Shown: positions 10,226-20,553 of the stretch, in pieces
Numbering within the stretch: the first letter of the stretch is position 1
How the letters are laid out: the number at the start of each line of letters is the position of its first letter
Assembly (NCBI GenBank): GCA_000438115.1
Contig: FR903596.1
Span: forward strand, 34,815-98,814
Direction of reading: 5' to 3'
Source: Prevotella sp. CAG:617
Lineage (GTDB): Bacteria > Bacteroidota > Bacteroidia > Bacteroidales > Bacteroidaceae
Length of the DNA: 64,000 nucleotides
Notes under the pieces: generated by a model
What the model was told of the DNA's origin: nothing
Seen by the model: only the letters and a program-made list of their open reading frames with translations
Databases searched by the model: none
Program-made: the position numbers and the translations under genes

Positions 10226-11497
10226 GTGAAAACAGGAAAAGTAGATGCCTTGCTGGGCATCGTTTTCGGTGACGAGGGAAAAGGTAAGGTAGTAGACTAC
10301 TTTACACCTAAGTATGATGTAGTGGCACGTTTCGCCGGTGGTCCTAATGCCGGACACACGATCATATTTGACGGTAAGAGGTTTGTGCTGCGTTCTATTC
10401 CTTCTGGAATTTTCGACGAAAACAAAGTCAACATTATCGGCAACGGTTGCGTGTTGGCTCCAGACTTGTTTAAGGCTGAGGCTCAGGAGCTGGAAAATGC
10501 AGGCTACGATCTAAAAAGTCGTCTGCACATCAGTAAACGTGCTCATCTCATTTTGCCTACCCATAGAGTATTGGATCGTGCTTATGAGGTGGCTAAGGGT
10601 AAAGCCAAGGTTGGTACGACTGGTAAGGGTATTGGACCGACTTATAGCGACAAGGCCAGCCGCATAGGTTTGCGCGTAGGTGATATCTTGGAGGGATTCG
10701 AGCAGAAATACGAGGCGCTGAAAGCCCGTCACCTGCAAATATTGAAGGACTTGAATTATACGGATTTCGATATTACCGAGGATGAAATTAAATGGAAAGA
10801 AGGCATTGAATATTTGAAAGGCTTTCAGATTAGCGATACGGAAATTGAAATCAACAATTACCTGCGCGAAGGAAAGAGCGTATTGGCTGAAGGTGCACAG
10901 GGAACGATGCTGGATATTGACCATGGTACATATCCTTTTGTAAGTTCTTCCAATACGACTTGTGGTGGTGTCTGCACAGGCTTGGGCGTAGCTCCTAATA
11001 AAATTGGCGAGGTATTTGGCATTTTTAAAGCGTATAGCACACGTGTAGGTTCCGGTCCGTTTCCTGTTGAACTGTTTGATGAAACCGGTGACACGATTCG
11101 TCATATAGGTAACGAATATGGTGCAGTTACGGGACGTAACCGTCGTTGTGGTTGGGTTGATTTGGTTGCCTTGAAGTATGCCATAATGATAAATGGCGTT
11201 ACACAGCTAATTATGATGAAGGGTGACGTACTTGATACGTTCTCCACCATAAAGGCCTGTGTGGCTTATGAGAAGAATGGCACGCAAGTTACTGAAATGC
11301 CTTTTGACACAGAAGGATGGACTGCCGTGTATAAGGAATTGCCCGGGTGGCAGTGTGATTTGACCAAGATCGTATCTGAAGATCAATTCCCGGAAGCCTT
11401 TAAGGCCTATATTGACTTTTTGGAAAAAGAACTCGAAACGCCTATCAAGATCGTTTCTGTTGGTCCTGATCGACAGGCGACGATTGTGCGTGCATAA
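10226..11497 (+). CDS. purA: Adenylosuccinate synthetase
   Basis: GDEGKGKVVDY P-loop, GPNAGHT, TTGKGIGPTY, GTTGRNRRCGW. The start is a GTG at 10226. Confidence 0.93.
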   Translation: MKTGKVDALLGIVFGDEGKGKVVDYFTPKYDVVARFAGGPNAGHTIIFDGKRFVLRSIPSGIFDENKVNIIGNGCVLAPDLFKAEAQELENAGYDLKSRLHISKRAHLILPTHRVLDRAYEVAKGKAKVGTTGKGIGPTYSDKASRIGLRVGDILEGFEQKYEALKARHLQILKDLNYTDFDITEDEIKWKEGIEYLKGFQISDTEIEINNYLREGKSVLAEGAQGTMLDIDHGTYPFVSSSNTTCGGVCTGLGVAPNKIGEVFGIFKAYSTRVGSGPFPVELFDETGDTIRHIGNEYGAVTGRNRRCGWVDLVALKYAIMINGVTQLIMMKGDVLDTFSTIKACVAYEKNGTQVTEMPFDTEGWTAVYKELPGWQCDLTKIVSEDQFPEAFKAYIDFLEKELETPIKIVSVGPDRQATIVRA

Positions 11498-11596
11498 GGA
11501 AGTAGTTGTATTTCTTGTGCAGCTTGCGATACTTGATTCGCATTTGGTAAAAAAGAACGTCCCTTTCACGTAGAAGGTAAGCGTTGATTGACTATT

Positions 11597-11644
11597 AAAA
11601 ATGCGGTCGTATATAATCTCAAAATATATACGACCGCATTTTTT
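11597..11644. terminator. Bidirectional intrinsic terminator between purA (+) and folB (-)
   Basis: A perfect 18-bp stem AAAATGCGGTCGTATATA / TATATACGACCGCATTTT, with an A-run on one side and a T-run on the other. Confidence 0.75.
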
Positions 11645-11655
11645 AGGTTTAAGTA

Positions 11656-12027
11656 TTATCGTTGGGCTGTCAGTTCAAAAGCCATGCCATTACATTGTGC
11701 CTGAACTGGAGGCGTATCTTTGCATACAGATATCCAGACTTCCTGTATGCTGGGGTAGTGGTCAAATAGCAGTTGAACCATATCGTAGGCTACAGATTCA
11801 AGCAGTTTGTGCGGAATGTTCATGATGGTCTTGATGTCGTCATAGACTTGTGCATAATTGACGGTTCCGTGCAGTTCATCATGCTTAAGCGCCTCCATAT
11901 CTGCCGTAGACGTGATTCGTATGTTTACGGTGTAGTGTGCCCCGACCTTGTTTTCCTGTGCCATAACTCCATGGTAGGCATAGAATTTCAGGTCGTTCAG
12001 GCTGATGGTAGTATGAGTTATTTTCAT
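11656..12027 (-). CDS. folB: Dihydroneopterin aldolase
   Basis: 123 aa with FYAYHGVMAQENKVGAHYTVNIRI...HKLLESVAYDMVQLL, the FolB signature. Confidence 0.85.
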   Translation of the reverse strand: MKITHTTISLNDLKFYAYHGVMAQENKVGAHYTVNIRITSTADMEALKHDELHGTVNYAQVYDDIKTIMNIPHKLLESVAYDMVQLLFDHYPSIQEVWISVCKDTPPVQAQCNGMAFELTAQR

Positions 12028-12058
12028 TCGTGAAGGGTATGTATGACCTTTGTTGTTC

Positions 12059-14635
12059 TTATCCGCACCGTGATACCCCGCAGTGTTTGCAAATCAGGCA
12101 GCCTTCCTGATAAACCAGAGATTCGTGGCCGCAGTTGGGGCATACCTGTCCCTTTACTTCGGTTCCGTCTGTGATGTATTTTTTCAGGGCACGTTCTACG
12201 CCGTTTTTCCAGGTATTGATGCTTTCGCTTTCCAGTTGGAGTGAACCTACCAGTTTCAGAACGATGTCCAGTGGCATACGATAGCGCAATACGCCCGAGA
12301 TGAGTTTGGCATAATTCCAGTATTCTTTGTTGAATTTTTCTGACAAACCTTCAACTGTGGTTTTGTAACCGCGCTTATTTTTGAACTGGAAGTCATAGCG
12401 TTTGGTGCCGTCGGGATTGACGCGTTTGATGATGTGTCCTTTGGTTACGGTTTTGGGTAGAACGATGCCTTCTTCGTCATCCTGTAGTCCGGTAAAGATT
12501 TCATAAGGACGGCCGTTGAGCAATCCTACAAAGGCTACCCATTTCTCTTTTTTGTTTTGGAAACGAACCACGTCGCATTCCAGTGATTCCGGACGGCTTT
12601 CCACGATTTCCTCGTACGGATTGACACCTTCTATTGTGATTTTTTTCTTGGCATTTTCCTTTAGGCTGACCATTACGCCTGAGCGGCTTCCGTCGCGATA
12701 GATGGTGCAACCTTTGCAGCCGCTGCGCCAGGCTTCCATGTAAAGGTCGTTTACCAGGTTCTCATCGACATCCGACGGCAGGTTTACAGTTACGCTGATG
12801 CTGTGGTCTACCCATTTCTGTACGGCTCCCTGCATTTTTACCTTCATCAGCCAGTCAACATCGTTGGCCGTGGCTTTGGCATAGGGCGAACGGGCAATGA
12901 GTTCGTCAATCTCCGTTTTGCTGTATTTCTTGTCGGTGTCAATGTGGTTCAGCTTCATCCAAGTCAGGAACTTGGGGTGATAGACGATGTATTCTTCAAA
13001 TGAATCGCCGTTTTCGTCTACAAAGTCTACGTGTGTATTGACATCGTTGGGATTTACCTTGCGGCGGCGTACATAAACAGGCTTGAATACGGGTTCAATG
13101 CCGCTTGTCGTTTGGGTCATCAGGCTTGTTGTGCCTGTGGGGGCTATTGTCAGGCAGGCAATGTTGCGGCGGCCGTATTGTTGGAGCAGTTCGCGTAATG
13201 AAGGGTCGGCTTCACACAAGCGGATGACAAACGGATTGTTAACTTCACGCTGGTAGTCGTAGATGCTGAAAGCACCTCTCTCCTTGGCCATCATAGCCGA
13301 CATGCGGTAGGCTTGAAGAGCCAGTGTCTTCTGTACTTTTACCGCAAAGTCCGTGGCTTCCTGTGTGCCGTAACGCAGATTGAGTGCAGCCAGCATGTCG
13401 CCTTCGGCCGTAATGCCTACACCTGTGCGGCGACCCATTGAGGTGGTCTTTTTTATCTTTTCCCATAAGTGGCGTTCAGTTTGTTTGACTTCGTCACTTT
13501 CCGGATCCATATCAATTTTCTGTTGTATGGCATCAATTTTTTCCAATTCCAGGTCGATGATGTCGTCCATGATGCGTTGGGCGGCCATGACATGTTTCTT
13601 GAACAGTTCGAAGTTGAACTTGGCCTGCGGTGTAAATGGATTTTCTACGTATGAATAGAGGTTGATGGCCAGCAGGCGGCAACTGTCGTAAGGACAAAGA
13701 GGAATTTCTCCGCAGGGATTGGTTGAAACCGTCTTGAATCCAAGGTCAGCATAGCAGTCGGGCACGCTTTCGCGTGTAATGGTGTCCCAAAAGAGGACGC
13801 CGGGTTCTGCCGATTTCCAGGCATTGTGTACGATTTTTTTCCATATAGCCCGTGCATCTACCTCTTTCTTAAAAAGAGGGGAGGAACTTTCAATCGGAAA
13901 TTGTTGTACATACGGTTTCCCGTTGACAGCGCATTGCATGAATTCGTCGTCAATTTTTACACTGACGTTGGCTCCCGTAATTTTTCCTTCCGTCATCTTG
14001 GCGTCAATAAAGGACTCTGCGTCGGGGTGTTTGATTGAAACGGTAAGCATCAGCGCTCCGCGTCGGCCGTCTTGAGCTACCTCGCGGGTGGAGTTGCTGT
14101 AACGCTCCATAAACGGGACCAGTCCGGTCGAGTTAAGTGCTGAATTATTGACCGGCGATCCTTTAGGGCGCAGGTGTGACAGGTCATGACCTACGCCGCC
14201 GCGGCGTTTCATGAGCTGAACCTGCTCTTCATCAATTTTCATGATGGCACCGTAGGAGTCGGCCGCTCCTTTCAGTCCTACTACAAAGCAGTTGGAGAGC
14301 GATACGGTCTGGTGATGGTTGCCTATGCCAGCCATAGGGCTGCCTGCCGGAACAATGTAGCGGAAATGGTCAAATAGTTCAAACAACTCATCTTCGCTCA
14401 TGGGGTTGGGATATTTGTTTTCAATCCGGGCAATTTCAGACGCCAGTCGTCTGTGCATGTCAACGGGGCTCTGTTCGTAAATGAGTCCGTTGGAGTCTTT
14501 CATGGCATATTTGTCAACCCATACCCGGGCCGCCAGAGCGTCGCCTTCGAAATATTTTAAGGAAGCCTGATAGGCTTCGTCGTGTGTATATGTCTTATTT
14601 TCCACTGTTTTTTGATTTGGTGTTCGATGGTACAA
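12059..14635 (-). CDS. nrdJ: Adenosylcobalamin-dependent ribonucleoside-diphosphate reductase (class II RNR)
   Basis: 858 aa with GSPMAGIGNHHQTVSLSNCFVVG and NPCGEIPLCPYDSCRLLAINL catalytic-cysteine motifs, and a C-terminal zinc ribbon CPNCGHESLVYQEGCLICKHCG. Confidence 0.9.
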   Translation of the reverse strand: MYHRTPNQKTVENKTYTHDEAYQASLKYFEGDALAARVWVDKYAMKDSNGLIYEQSPVDMHRRLASEIARIENKYPNPMSEDELFELFDHFRYIVPAGSPMAGIGNHHQTVSLSNCFVVGLKGAADSYGAIMKIDEEQVQLMKRRGGVGHDLSHLRPKGSPVNNSALNSTGLVPFMERYSNSTREVAQDGRRGALMLTVSIKHPDAESFIDAKMTEGKITGANVSVKIDDEFMQCAVNGKPYVQQFPIESSSPLFKKEVDARAIWKKIVHNAWKSAEPGVLFWDTITRESVPDCYADLGFKTVSTNPCGEIPLCPYDSCRLLAINLYSYVENPFTPQAKFNFELFKKHVMAAQRIMDDIIDLELEKIDAIQQKIDMDPESDEVKQTERHLWEKIKKTTSMGRRTGVGITAEGDMLAALNLRYGTQEATDFAVKVQKTLALQAYRMSAMMAKERGAFSIYDYQREVNNPFVIRLCEADPSLRELLQQYGRRNIACLTIAPTGTTSLMTQTTSGIEPVFKPVYVRRRKVNPNDVNTHVDFVDENGDSFEEYIVYHPKFLTWMKLNHIDTDKKYSKTEIDELIARSPYAKATANDVDWLMKVKMQGAVQKWVDHSISVTVNLPSDVDENLVNDLYMEAWRSGCKGCTIYRDGSRSGVMVSLKENAKKKITIEGVNPYEEIVESRPESLECDVVRFQNKKEKWVAFVGLLNGRPYEIFTGLQDDEEGIVLPKTVTKGHIIKRVNPDGTKRYDFQFKNKRGYKTTVEGLSEKFNKEYWNYAKLISGVLRYRMPLDIVLKLVGSLQLESESINTWKNGVERALKKYITDGTEVKGQVCPNCGHESLVYQEGCLICKHCGVSRCG

Positions 14636-14742
14636 AGCTAATAAAATGTTTCCGATTATGCTGCCAAAAAACGGGGCGTTTTATTTTTTAATGTTTACTT
14701 TTGTATCTGGAAAAGACATTATATAAATACGGATATATCTTT

Positions 14743-15489
14743 ATGGTTATGCAAACTATTGAATTGCGTAGGTCAATACGTAAATATACGTCAGAGCCTG
14801 TTTCACAAGAACTTTTGGATAATTTGTTGCAGATGGCCGAACGGACACAAACCATGGGCAATTTGCAGTTGTATAGTGTGGTGGTAACGCGTGAGGCTGA
14901 GATGAAAGCCAAATTGGCTCCCTGTCATTTTAACCAGCCCATGGTGACCGAAGCTCCGGTTGTACTTACGTTTTGTGCCGACTATCATCGCACCACGCGC
15001 TGGTGTGAAGAGCGGCAGGCTGATGCGGGGTATGATAATATGTTGTCGTTCATGAATGCGGCTACGGATGCCTTGTTGTATTGTCAGACTTTCTGTAATT
15101 TGGCCGAAGAAAAGGGCTTGGGGTTGTGTTTCTTGGGTACGACCATTTATCAGCCGCGACAGATTATTCGGATATTGAATCTCCCCCGCCTGGTCGTGCC
15201 GGTGGCTACCATTACGCTGGGATGGCCGGCAGAGGAGCCGGCTCTGACTGATCGGTTGCCCTTGGCTTCGATTGTGCATAAGGAGTCGTATGCCGATTAT
15301 ACGCGGGAGGATATCGACAAATATTATGCAGAAAAGGAAGCGCTTCCCGAAAACCGGCACTTTGTGGAGTTGAACAAAAAAGATACGCTGGCTCAGATAT
15401 TTACGGATATACGATACACGCGCAAGGATAACGAAGCAATGTCTGAGGAGCTTGTAGCTACGTTAAAGCAGCAAGGATTTTTACATTAA
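14743..15489 (+). CDS. Nitroreductase-family NAD(P)H oxidoreductase
   Basis: MVMQTIELRRSIRKYTSEPVSQELLDNLL...; the track ORF begins with TTG at 14701, and ATG at 14743 or 14749 is the more plausible start. Confidence 0.8.
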   Translation: MVMQTIELRRSIRKYTSEPVSQELLDNLLQMAERTQTMGNLQLYSVVVTREAEMKAKLAPCHFNQPMVTEAPVVLTFCADYHRTTRWCEERQADAGYDNMLSFMNAATDALLYCQTFCNLAEEKGLGLCFLGTTIYQPRQIIRILNLPRLVVPVATITLGWPAEEPALTDRLPLASIVHKESYADYTREDIDKYYAEKEALPENRHFVELNKKDTLAQIFTDIRYTRKDNEAMSEELVATLKQQGFLH

Positions 15490-15533
15490 GGATTTGCATT
15501 ATCAGTGAAGATAGTGTTTCCAAAAACCAAAAA

Positions 15534-15563
15534 GGTGGCTTGAAATTTTTTCTTCAAGCCGCC
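15534..15563. terminator. Bidirectional intrinsic terminator between the nitroreductase gene (+) and rpmA (-)
   Basis: GGTGGCTTGAA-attttttc-TTCAAGCCGCC, with an A/C-rich run on the 5' side and TTTTTGATTTTTG on the 3' side. Confidence 0.65.
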
Positions 15564-15630
15564 TTTTTGATTTTTGAAGGTACTTTGTTTTTGCGCCTTT
15601 GGGCGGTAATAAATCGGTAATGGGGATATA

Positions 15631-15678
15631 AACAAGAACGGTGCAGAATTTCTTTAAAAATTCTGCACCGTTCTTGTT
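15631..15678. terminator. Second long perfect hairpin (18-bp stem) just 3' of rpmA
   Basis: AACAAGAACGGTGCAGAA-tttctttaaaaa-TTCTGCACCGTTCTTGTT. Confidence 0.5.
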
Positions 15679-15726
15679 GTTTTGGATACGAAATGGATAA
15701 ACGAATTATCCTTATGTATTTTTTTG

Positions 15727-15990
15727 TTATGCTTCAGCTTGAGGTTCTACTGAAACAACGCTACGGTCGCGGTTGCCACGTTTAAACGTAACTACGCCGT
15801 CAACCAAGGCGTAAAGAGTGTGATCGCTACCCATACCAACGTTTTTACCCGGGTAGTGTACCGTACCACGCTGACGGACGATGATGTTTCCGGCAACGCA
15901 TGTCTGGCCGCCCCAAATCTTTACACCTAATCTCTGTGAAGCCGATTCACGGCCGTTCTTAGAACTACCTACACCTTTTTTATGTGCCAT
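15727..15990 (-). CDS. rpmA: 50S ribosomal protein L27
   Basis: [29 protein letters not shown]... Confidence 0.95.
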   Translation of the reverse strand: MAHKKGVGSSKNGRESASQRLGVKIWGGQTCVAGNIIVRQRGTVHYPGKNVGMGSDHTLYALVDGVVTFKRGNRDRSVVSVEPQAEA

Positions 15991-16009
15991 TTCTTCTAAA
16001 TTTTAGGGA

Positions 16010-16327
16010 TTAAGCAATCACTTGTTTTACTGTCACCTCTGAATACTGCTGACGGTGACCATTCAGCTTACGATAACCTTTGCGGCGTTTTTTGTGGAAT
16101 ACCAATACTTTTTCGCCTTTTACCAGCGGAGTCAGTACTTCGCAAACTACTTTTGCGCCTTCAATGGTAGGAGCACCTACTTTGATGTCTCCGTTGTTGT
16201 CTACCAACAACACTTTCTCAAATTCAACAGTCTGTCCGCTTTCGGCGGTACGGATGTGGTTAACGAAGAGTTTCTTGCCTTCTTCCACCTTGAACTGCTG
16301 ACCGTTAATGTCTACAATTGCGTACAT
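16010..16327 (-). CDS. rplU: 50S ribosomal protein L21
   Basis: [25 protein letters not shown]...; the track ORF (146 aa) is an upstream in-frame read-through, and the conserved Met gives a product of about 105 aa. Confidence 0.92.
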   Translation of the reverse strand: MYAIVDINGQQFKVEEGKKLFVNHIRTAESGQTVEFEKVLLVDNNGDIKVGAPTIEGAKVVCEVLTPLVKGEKVLVFHKKRRKGYRKLNGHRQQYSEVTVKQVIA

Positions 16328-16500
16328 TGAAATTAATAGGATGTTAAAACGGTTTTTTCTGCCGGGCGTCTTTCTTCGTGAAAGTGCTTGTTTAGCCCGA
16401 ACAGACTCTAAATCGGCCACAAAATTACGTAAATATTTTATATTGGCCAAATGTTTTTCTGTTTTATGGGTTGAAAATAAAATATTTAAGTCTTTGGGCT

Positions 16501-17418
16501 TTATTCAATGTGGAGTATCATCCCCTCGGTGGCCGCTATTGTGTGTGGAAATATGGCTTGCGCTTCTTTCAGCAAAGGGGTTGTGTCGGTATAGCGGGCT
16601 GAGTAGTGCCCTATAAGCAGTTTTCCCACGGCAGCTTCTTGAGCAATTTGTGCGGCTTCAGTGGCTGTGGAATGATATGTTTCTTTGGCTCTTTGTTTAT
16701 TGTTCTCTCCAAACGTAGCTTCGTGATATAGTAGGTTTACGTTTCGTATGAGTGGTATAATGGAAGGGCTGTATGCCGTATCAGAGCAGTAGGCAAAGGA
16801 GCGGGGTGGTTGTGCTTCATATACGAGGAAGCGATTGGGGACGTGTTCGCCTTCGGTGGTGGTCCAGTCGGCTCCCTGTTTAATCTGATTAATGGCGTAA
16901 AGCGGAATTTGATAGAAGTCAATCATATCCCGTCTGATGTGCGGCAGGCTTGGCTTTTCGCGGAAAATGAATCCGCAGCAGGCAATGCGATGTTTGAGCG
17001 GTATGGTCTGTACGGTCAGGGCTTTGTCTTCGTATATTACCTGGCTTGATGTTGTATTGATGGCGTGGAATTCAATTGGGAATGACAGTCCATAGCAGAA
17101 GGTGGATAGTTGCAGCTTCAGTACTTGTTCCAGTTCTGTCGGGGCATAAATATGTAGGGGAGTGGTTCGCCCCAGTAATGAAAAGGTAGAAATCAACCCG
17201 ATCAGTCCGAAACAGTGGTCGCCGTGCAGGTGCGTAATGAATATGCAGCTCAGGCGCGAAAATTTTAATCCTGCTTTGCGCATCTGCAATTGTGTTCCCT
17301 CTCCGCAGTCAATCATATACAGGCGTTCACGCAAAGAAATTATTTGTGAACTCGGCAGATGTAGCCCCGTAGGCAAAGCACTGCCACAGCCTAAAATATG
17401 CAGTGTAAATTTTTCCAT
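16501..17418 (-). CDS. rnz: Ribonuclease Z (tRNA 3' endonuclease, MBL fold)
   Basis: [17 protein letters not shown]...[18 protein letters not shown]...; 305 aa. Confidence 0.88.
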   Translation of the reverse strand: MEKFTLHILGCGSALPTGLHLPSSQIISLRERLYMIDCGEGTQLQMRKAGLKFSRLSCIFITHLHGDHCFGLIGLISTFSLLGRTTPLHIYAPTELEQVLKLQLSTFCYGLSFPIEFHAINTTSSQVIYEDKALTVQTIPLKHRIACCGFIFREKPSLPHIRRDMIDFYQIPLYAINQIKQGADWTTTEGEHVPNRFLVYEAQPPRSFAYCSDTAYSPSIIPLIRNVNLLYHEATFGENNKQRAKETYHSTATEAAQIAQEAAVGKLLIGHYSARYTDTTPLLKEAQAIFPHTIAATEGMILHIE

Positions 17419-17499
17419 ACGGCAAACTTAATAAAAAAAGCCGCATGCCGTCGGGAATATGTGTTGTTTTTTTGTGCCCGATAAGCCGGAAAAGTAATA

Positions 17500-18222
17500 T
17501 TATGGTAGTCTGTGTTCAATATATGACATGACTTTGTCTTTGTAACTGTCTGATATAGGGAGTTGCTTGTTCCCAAAAATGATTTGTCCACGCTCCACAA
17601 CCTCTACGTGTTGCATGTTTACGATGTAAGAGCGGTGGATACGCATGAAATGATCTTGTGGCAGGTGCTCTTCCAAGGATTTCATGGAAGTAAGTGACAG
17701 AATGGGCCGAGGAGCAGACTGGGTATATATTTTTACATAATCTTTCAGTCCTTCAATGTAAAGGATGTCTGCCAGTTGAATCTTGAGCAGTTTGTAATCA
17801 CTTTTTATGAAAATGGCGTCAATCGGTTCCTGATCGGCTGTTGGTTGAGTGGCTTTGTGTAGCAGGCTGAACCAGTCGCGTGCCTTGTTGGCGGCAGTCA
17901 GGAAGTCCTGATAGCTGATGGGCTTGAGCAAATAGTCAAGAGCATTGTTCTTATAACTGTCAAGAGCATATTGACTAAAGGCTGTAGTAAATATGATGCG
18001 AGTGGTTTCGGGAAGCATGCGTGCGAGTGATAGACCGTCTAAATCAGGCATTTGTATGTCGCAAAATACGAGGTTGACGGGATTGGTCGTTAATTGATCT
18101 GTGGCGTCAATAGCGTTTGAAAATGTATTTTCCAGTTTTAAAAACGGAGTACGTAAGACATAGCTCTTGAGCAAGTCTATGGCTAAGGGCTCGTCGTCAA
18201 TGATTGCGCAGGTAATATTCAT
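17500..18222 (-). CDS. LytTR-family two-component response regulator
   Basis: REC domain (IIDDEPLAIDLL...CDIQMPDLDGL) followed by a C-terminal LytTR DNA-binding domain; 240 aa. Confidence 0.88.
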   Translation of the reverse strand: MNITCAIIDDEPLAIDLLKSYVLRTPFLKLENTFSNAIDATDQLTTNPVNLVFCDIQMPDLDGLSLARMLPETTRIIFTTAFSQYALDSYKNNALDYLLKPISYQDFLTAANKARDWFSLLHKATQPTADQEPIDAIFIKSDYKLLKIQLADILYIEGLKDYVKIYTQSAPRPILSLTSMKSLEEHLPQDHFMRIHRSYIVNMQHVEVVERGQIIFGNKQLPISDSYKDKVMSYIEHRLP

Positions 18223-19295
18223 GATTCTGTTTTTTTGTTGGGATATAAATGTATGGTCGAAGTATATGTATTGTTCTTTTCGTCAATTTCTCTATCCCAT
18301 TGATACCGACCGGGATAGTCCAGTTCCAGTCTTCTCTTTACTTGTTGCAGACCGATTCCACTTCCTGCCTTATCGTTTTGATTCTTGGGGAAGTTGCTGT
18401 TGCATACTTTAAAGTGTATGCTGCCATTGTCATCCACTTGCAGCGAGAGCAGAATAAAACTTGGACGTGAGGGACTGACGCCGTGTTTGAAAGCGTTTTC
18501 TACCAGTGATATAAAGATGAGTGGGGCAACTTGCGGGTCTGTGTGTTGAGGTATGTTGATGTGAGTTTCAATCCGTACATTTTGTTGTAGACGAATGCGC
18601 ATTAACTCTATATAGGTCTTTAAGAATTCCATTTCTTTGCGTAAACTTACCATGCGTTGCTGGTTGTCGTAAAGCACATATCGCAGCAGCCCGCCCAATT
18701 CCTGTACAGCCTGTTGGGCCCGTGTGGTATCAAATGCGATTAACGCATAGATGTTGTTAAGCGTATTTAGCAGAAAGTGAGGGTTTATTTGGTTGCGTAA
18801 GTTTTTAAGTTCAGCGGCCGACCTTTCCATTTCTGCTTTTTTGCGGGCTTCTTCCGATTGCTGCCAGCTGAGGCTCATCTTTACAGTCATGGAAATAAGT
18901 ACTGTGCAGCATAAAATGAAAATGTTGCGGATGACAAATACCCATGTGGGTAAAGGAGGCCTTGGCATAAGTATATTATGAGGGTGATGACGGGGTTCGG
19001 GACGAAATAGTACGGTCATCATGAAATGCTGCATCACCGCCATGATCAGGATGATGGAAATGTTGGTTAGGATAAATGTTTTTTTATTTCCTTTAATCAG
19101 ATATTGTGGAATGAGCCACAAGTAGTTTATGTAGAAAATGGCACAAGCTATCAATGGCACGATACTTCCGACGAAGTACCGATGCCAGTTGATAGACTCA
19201 TTGTAATTCTTAAAAAGCAACGGAGAGCAGAAAATACAAAACCAAATAAGGATTTGCAACGGTGTGCTCAAGTGCTTTTGAGTGAGATCTTTCAT
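18219..19295 (-). CDS. LytS/YehU-type sensor histidine kinase (His_kinase + HATPase)
   Basis: Multi-TM N-terminus, NPHFLLNTLNNIYALI H-box, C-terminal ATPase with GSGIGLQQVKRRL. Overlaps the RR gene by 4 nt. Confidence 0.85.
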   Translation of the reverse strand: MKDLTQKHLSTPLQILIWFCIFCSPLLFKNYNESINWHRYFVGSIVPLIACAIFYINYLWLIPQYLIKGNKKTFILTNISIILIMAVMQHFMMTVLFRPEPRHHPHNILMPRPPLPTWVFVIRNIFILCCTVLISMTVKMSLSWQQSEEARKKAEMERSAAELKNLRNQINPHFLLNTLNNIYALIAFDTTRAQQAVQELGGLLRYVLYDNQQRMVSLRKEMEFLKTYIELMRIRLQQNVRIETHINIPQHTDPQVAPLIFISLVENAFKHGVSPSRPSFILLSLQVDDNGSIHFKVCNSNFPKNQNDKAGSGIGLQQVKRRLELDYPGRYQWDREIDEKNNTYTSTIHLYPNKKTES

Positions 19296-19313
19296 ATAGA
19301 ATCCAGTTATCTG

Positions 19314-20537
19314 TTATTCATATCGAATGGCTTCGATGGGATCGAGGTTAGCTGCTTTTTTTGCCGGATACCATCCAAAAAATACGCCAGTGGCGGTACA
19401 TACAATGAAGCTTACTAGGACGCTCCATGGCTGTATCTCAATGGGCCATTTGGCAAAGATGTTGACAGCCCATGATGAAAGGCAGCCCAAAATGACTCCC
19501 ACTATGCCGCCGCTGAAACTTAATAATACGGACTCAATCAGGAATTGGTTGAGGATATCTATGCCGCGAGCGCCAACTGACATTCGTAGTCCGATTTCGC
19601 GCGTGCGTTCTGTTACTGATACGTACATGATGTTCATAATTCCGATTCCGCCTACTATCAGAGAGATGCAGGCTACGCAGAGCAGCAGGGTGGTCATAAG
19701 GTCTGTAGTATTACTCATCATGGATGAAAGTTCCTGCTGGCTGCGAATGGTAAAGTCATCTTCACTTTCGACTGTGATTTTGTGTGAATTACGCAGAATC
19801 TGAGTGATGTCGTCAATGGCCAGATCGGTCATTTCTTCCGTGATGGCAGAGGCGTTGATGCCTTGCAGATAGGTAACGGCCAACACGCGTTTCATTACGC
19901 AGGTATAGGGTGCCAGTACCACGTCGTCCTGATCCATACCGAAGGAGTTATATCCTTTTGATTCCAATACTCCCACAATTCGTAACGGGATCGTATTAAA
20001 GCGGATAACTTTTCCGACAGGACTTTCGCCGTTAGGAAACAGATTGTCAACCACGGTTTTACCCACAACGCAGACTTTTGCGTTGGTCTTGACGTCGTTT
20101 TCGGTAAACATTTCGCCATCTTCAATTTTCAGTTGGCGTATCGTCAGATAGTCAGGACTGATTCCGTATAAGGTTGACGGTGTGTTGTTGTTTCCGTTGA
20201 TGAACTGACCGGATGCATTGACGCTTGGACTGATGGCAGACAGGTATTTGGCCTGTTCGCGTAGGGTTTCGTAGTCTTTTAGTTTCAATGTCTGCATGTC
20301 GCTGGCATCCTGTCTTGCTCCACCGGGGCCTTTGTCCTGTCCTGGTTGAATCATAATCATGTTGGAGCCCATTTCGGCAATCTGTGTTCTGATGCTGGCT
20401 TTTGAGCCTTGTCCAATGGCCAGCATGGTGATAACCGAAGCTACGCCGATAATGATTCCCAGCATGGTGAGTAGGGAGCGCAACTTGTTGGATGCAATGG
20501 CACGTAGAGCTATTTTGAATAGATTAATAATGGACAT
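19314..20537 (-). CDS. ABC transporter permease, FtsX/MacB-like
   Basis: 407 aa with an N-terminal TM helix, a large periplasmic domain and a C-terminal FtsX 3-TM bundle (TTLLLCVACISLIVGGIGIMNIM...). Confidence 0.85.
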   Translation of the reverse strand: MSIINLFKIALRAIASNKLRSLLTMLGIIIGVASVITMLAIGQGSKASIRTQIAEMGSNMIMIQPGQDKGPGGARQDASDMQTLKLKDYETLREQAKYLSAISPSVNASGQFINGNNNTPSTLYGISPDYLTIRQLKIEDGEMFTENDVKTNAKVCVVGKTVVDNLFPNGESPVGKVIRFNTIPLRIVGVLESKGYNSFGMDQDDVVLAPYTCVMKRVLAVTYLQGINASAITEEMTDLAIDDITQILRNSHKITVESEDDFTIRSQQELSSMMSNTTDLMTTLLLCVACISLIVGGIGIMNIMYVSVTERTREIGLRMSVGARGIDILNQFLIESVLLSFSGGIVGVILGCLSSWAVNIFAKWPIEIQPWSVLVSFIVCTATGVFFGWYPAKKAANLDPIEAIRYE

Positions 20538-20553
20538 TGTATCTGTGTTTTAA

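Noticed and set aside
10511-11104. 197-aa minus-strand ORF
   Set aside because: Antisense to purA.
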